From assembly GCA_947494925.1 (NCBI GenBank), contig CANLWS010000008.1, positions 172,394 through 236,393 on the forward strand: 64,000 nucleotides of DNA, read 5' to 3'. Positions within the stretch are counted from its first letter, which is position 1. Each line of letters starts with the position of its first letter. The stretch comes from an uncultured Alteromonadaceae bacterium (GTDB lineage Bacteria; Pseudomonadota; Gammaproteobacteria; Enterobacterales; Alteromonadaceae). Both the position numbers and the translations under genes were made by a program. Below, one piece after another: positions 60,912-64,000 of the stretch. Below the pieces are notes generated by a model. It was not told the DNA's origin. It ran no database searches and was given only the letters and a program-made list of their open reading frames with translations.

Positions 60912-63750
60912 GGTTATCTTCACCTTGGGTTGTGTTGTACTTACGCTGATAGAAAAACGCTGCCAGCAACATGAACACGCCAATCCCAATCATCAGCACC
61001 ACTTTTTGCCATAACTCGGCCACAGTGACATCAAGCAACCCTAATTTTGCCAGCGAAGCCATTATCATCGTCAAGGCAAGTTTCGCGAGTTTTTTGTCCT
61101 CCTGACTTAAAAACAACAGAAGGCTACCATGAATTATAATGATTGGTGTGATTAAGATATCCCACTGCCACTGGATAAGTAATAGCGTATAACTGACCAT
61201 CAGCATAAGATTAAATTGCGTTAAAAAGCTCAAAAATGCTGCCATCTTGCTTCTGAATATTTTGCTGCTGGGCAGGGATGGAACAAAGCTACAGCTTAAC
61301 ACCAGAAAACTGACCATCAGGTAAATTGAATCTATAGTACTTCCGCTGGATACAACCAATACCCAACTCGCTGCGAGACTAGCAAACAAAAAGTTAACCA
61401 AGATTGATTGATGTTTCCTGACCGCATAAAGGGAATGTATCTGTGCGATTGAAAAAACCGTCAGGGTTGCCACAATCAAGCCCAGTTGCAAGTTAAAAGC
61501 ATGCATGGCTATCGCCCCAAGGCTTACTGGCAAGAAGTAAAGAAACAGAGCGGCGATTTTGCTCTCAAGCTTTGCACAGTGCATTTTAGACTGTCGATAC
61601 AAAAAATAACCTGTCAGCAAATTGCCTAGTATGAGAGAGAGCATTGCTGGCCAGAAGTCTGAATTAGCAAAGAGTAAGAATGAAATCAGACTTATAAAAC
61701 TTGCTATGGTCGCCAGACATAAGGTTTCAAATCGCAATTTTGTCAGGCGTACTCGAGTGCTGATGAAATAGCTGACAATTGTGGAAACCCACAAAGCCGA
61801 TGCTAGCCATTCGGGGTAAATTCTTGTTATCGAGGGAAGGGCAACTATTGGTAATAATGCGTAGAACAGGACGCGCAGCTTTTCCGCCACACCAGCAAGT
61901 TGCCCTGAAGGCATAAATCGACGATAGAACTCGGCTAACAGCCATAGCTCAGCAAAGAGTGTTACCAGTGCAATTTTGCCATACAAGGGGAGCTTAGAGA
62001 ATCTTAACGAGTCCGATTCCGTAACTCCCTGGAACCAGATAAAGATTGTCATAACGGCACTTAGAACGACTAGTATTTCAGACCATTTGCAATGTGCTAA
62101 ACGAGATCGGTATAACAGTAGGATCTGAACCATGGGAACACCAACTATTGCCCAGACACCAAAATGCACCCACAATCCAGCCAATGCAAGAATGGTCATC
62201 CAAACGGACTCGGCGGGATACAAACCAGAAAACAATCTGTCTTCCCATTCAGAAAGTTGTTTTGCGGTGCTGAGTATTTTTCGCCATAAAAACAGCAATA
62301 CGCCTATTACCAGGCATATTGCCCATCCTTTCACACTTAACAGAGCGGGTGCGGGGAAATACGGAATGACCGAGGCGATAGCGATTAGTAAGGCAACCAG
62401 GAGCAAACCCTGGGCTTCCATGCGAATGGATCTTAATTTTTCGTTGATGGCAAAGTACAACAGGAATAAACCCTCGACGCCCAAGCCGACACTCCAAAAA
62501 TCGGCGGACAACCAAAATACAATGGCTATGGTAGCCCAAACACTGGCGATGGCGGTACAAAGGGTGAACAGCAGCTTGTTTTGCCGCCCTACCTTTAATA
62601 TAACCACCAGGCTAATGACCAAATTCAGTATCGCCATCAGGCTTAAGTACACTTCATTCTGCAAGGCAAAGAATAATTGGCTGGAGGACGCTGCTAAAAT
62701 AGCTGCAAGCATAACCAGGTTTGGCTTGGTCAATGTTTTTTGTCTGGCAATACTTAACAACGCATACGCCATAAATATCAAATAGTAGGCTTCAGTGGGA
62801 AAGGCAATAACCCAATTTGAAATCTGTTGTTGCTGCATCGATTCAACACAAGCAAAAGCCACGACCGCTGCCAGGTATCCGTACCAATGCCAATTTTGTT
62901 TATATGAATGGCGTAATCCGGCCAGAATAATCATTCCAAGGCCAACCATAAAGGTCGCACCGGTGACTGCGGTTAATGAGATAACAAAGGGAGCCAATCC
63001 TGCACCAAGCAGAGAGATAACGCTGACGAGTTTGGTATCGAACCTGGCCGACACCCAATAGCCAACATAACCGATAAGTACATATCCCAACAGATTCAGC
63101 CAGTTTGGCATTAATTGATAAAAACTCCCTGCCACGTACAAAGTGGTGAAATTGAGAACCAGGCCTAACCCAATAATACTGGAACCAAAATCTGCGTATT
63201 TCCGCCCACCGTTTAACTTGATCCCAGCAAAGGTTATCGCCATTGCAACCACAAACAATGCCAGTGTTTTACTTTGCGCACCGAGTTCGCTGACCAGTAA
63301 TTGAGTCAGATAACCAAATCCAAATACCATTAATGTGATACCGATAATAATGAACAGAAAAATCGGTCCCTGACCTCGGGTCTGGTACTTTTTGTAGGTC
63401 GTCAGAATCGGTGTATAAATCGCCATAAAAGGTTGGAAGTTTGAGAGCCAGGACCAGAGTATGGATAGCACATTTATCTTGTGTTTTATTGCTTTGTCTG
63501 CCGCTGATTCTAGTACGGTATTTGGTTCAGAAATTTTAGGTGTAATAGTCGTTTGTGGGATATTGGCGGACAAAGAAGACGACTGCTCTTCTGCATCTGG
63601 TTCGTCAGAAGAGAACTGTGTAATGGTCTTTTCTAAGGACGAAATGCGCTGACTGAATTCTTTTTTTACACTCTCAAGTTCAGCCTTTAATTGTGTGATT
63701 TGCTCCTTTTCCTTCACTGCAGTTCCTTTTCCGCGTGTTAATCTGGCCAA
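60904..63750 (-). CDS. DUF2339-like giant polytopic membrane protein (948 aa) with an N-terminal cytoplasmic coiled coil
   Basis: N-terminal coiled coil (KEKEQITQLKAELESVKKEFSQRISSLEK), then more than 25 predicted TM helices with no soluble catalytic domain. Confidence 0.55.
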   Translation of the reverse strand: MARLTRGKGTAVKEKEQITQLKAELESVKKEFSQRISSLEKTITQFSSDEPDAEEQSSSLSANIPQTTITPKISEPNTVLESAADKAIKHKINVLSILWSWLSNFQPFMAIYTPILTTYKKYQTRGQGPIFLFIIIGITLMVFGFGYLTQLLVSELGAQSKTLALFVVAMAITFAGIKLNGGRKYADFGSSIIGLGLVLNFTTLYVAGSFYQLMPNWLNLLGYVLIGYVGYWVSARFDTKLVSVISLLGAGLAPFVISLTAVTGATFMVGLGMIILAGLRHSYKQNWHWYGYLAAVVAFACVESMQQQQISNWVIAFPTEAYYLIFMAYALLSIARQKTLTKPNLVMLAAILAASSSQLFFALQNEVYLSLMAILNLVISLVVILKVGRQNKLLFTLCTAIASVWATIAIVFWLSADFWSVGLGVEGLFLLYFAINEKLRSIRMEAQGLLLVALLIAIASVIPYFPAPALLSVKGWAICLVIGVLLFLWRKILSTAKQLSEWEDRLFSGLYPAESVWMTILALAGLWVHFGVWAIVGVPMVQILLLYRSRLAHCKWSEILVVLSAVMTIFIWFQGVTESDSLRFSKLPLYGKIALVTLFAELWLLAEFYRRFMPSGQLAGVAEKLRVLFYALLPIVALPSITRIYPEWLASALWVSTIVSYFISTRVRLTKLRFETLCLATIASFISLISFLLFANSDFWPAMLSLILGNLLTGYFLYRQSKMHCAKLESKIAALFLYFLPVSLGAIAMHAFNLQLGLIVATLTVFSIAQIHSLYAVRKHQSILVNFLFASLAASWVLVVSSGSTIDSIYLMVSFLVLSCSFVPSLPSSKIFRSKMAAFLSFLTQFNLMLMVSYTLLLIQWQWDILITPIIIIHGSLLLFLSQEDKKLAKLALTMIMASLAKLGLLDVTVAELWQKVVLMIGIGVFMLLAAFFYQRKYNTTQGEDNPI

Positions 63751-63803
63751 TCAATCATAATAGCCCTGCCTGTCGCATGCAGAGTGCACCAGTGCGGCGT
63801 TAT

Positions 63804-64000
63804 TCATTGTTCACCACTGTCTTTGCTGTGGCTGACCAGTCTGTTCCGGCCTTGTTTTTTGGCTTCGTAAAGGGCGTTATCAGCCAATTTTAATAACACC
63901 TGTGGACCGGACATGTCGCTGCTGTCCGGATACAGTGTTGCGATACCAATGCTGACAGTAACATGGGGCGCAACACTACTATATTCATGTACGATATTTT
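63804..64000 (-). CDS. C-terminal fragment of a GGDEF-domain (diguanylate cyclase) protein; it continues beyond the window edge
   Basis: The reverse-strand translation ends …VTVSIGIATLYPDSSDMSGPQVLLKLADNALYEAKKQGRNRLVSHSKDSGEQ*, which is the canonical GGDEF C-terminal segment. This gene is not in the supplied ORF table because it is truncated at the window edge. Confidence 0.7.
   Translation of the reverse strand, partial: NIVHEYSSVAPHVTVSIGIATLYPDSSDMSGPQVLLKLADNALYEAKKQGRNRLVSHSKDSGEQ

Overview
This window reads as chromosomal sequence from a marine gammaproteobacterium, most likely Alteromonadales-like with GC in the low to mid 40s. That guess rests on gene order (yibN-grxC-secB-gpsA, gpmI-envC-yibQ, psd/rsgA/orn followed by tRNA-Gly, maoP-ilvIH) and on a GlyGly-CTERM (rhombosortase) sorting signal. 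Coding density is high.

Recognisable housekeeping content, in order along the window:
- Arginine biosynthesis: argE divergent from a translationally coupled argC-argB-argF-argG-argH-argA operon.
- Envelope stress: a CpxP-like LTXXQ periplasmic protein divergent from a CpxR/CpxA-like two-component system.
- A conserved block: pldB, trmL, gpsA, secB, grxC, yibN, gpmI, envC, yibQ.
- A second conserved block: psd, rsgA, orn and two tandem tRNA-Gly(GCC) genes.
- ilvIH preceded by maoP/yifE, then plsC, rraB, a GlxA-type regulator and a DUF2339 giant membrane protein.
- A GGDEF gene fragment at the 3' edge of the window.

The most unusual locus is a three-gene minus-strand operon at 25855-33696. It encodes an NfeD/YqiJ-like membrane protein, a 671-aa flotillin (SPFH/YqiK-like, with an EA-rich coiled-coil tail) and a 1688-aa protein. 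The large protein has an unassigned N-terminal region of about 470 aa, a central coiled-coil/helical region of about 800 aa and a C-terminal MoxR/AAA_5-type AAA+ ATPase. Its Walker A motif GYGKTT is encoded at ~26986-27006, Walker B LYLDD at ~26806-26820, and the sensor-1 motif is MAGNP. I cannot place it in any characterised family from sequence alone, and it is the best candidate for an undescribed system.

Other notable items:
- A short BLUF blue-light sensor whose stop codon overlaps the start of a methyl-accepting chemotaxis protein (TAATG).
- An orphan VgrG plus minimal PAAR spike pair, with no adjacent effector, immunity or T6SS core genes, sitting behind a large TonB-dependent receptor immediately downstream of the tandem tRNA-Gly genes.
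- An Lrp/AsnC regulator divergent from an NCS1 permease / hydantoinase-like / DUF917 operon.
- A strong 17-bp hairpin plus U-run in the argC leader.
- Three related palindromic elements sharing AAC(C/T)CCAACTCG at convergent gene ends.
- An Hpt-HD-GYP fusion protein.

No CRISPR arrays, rRNA genes, transposases or integrases were seen.
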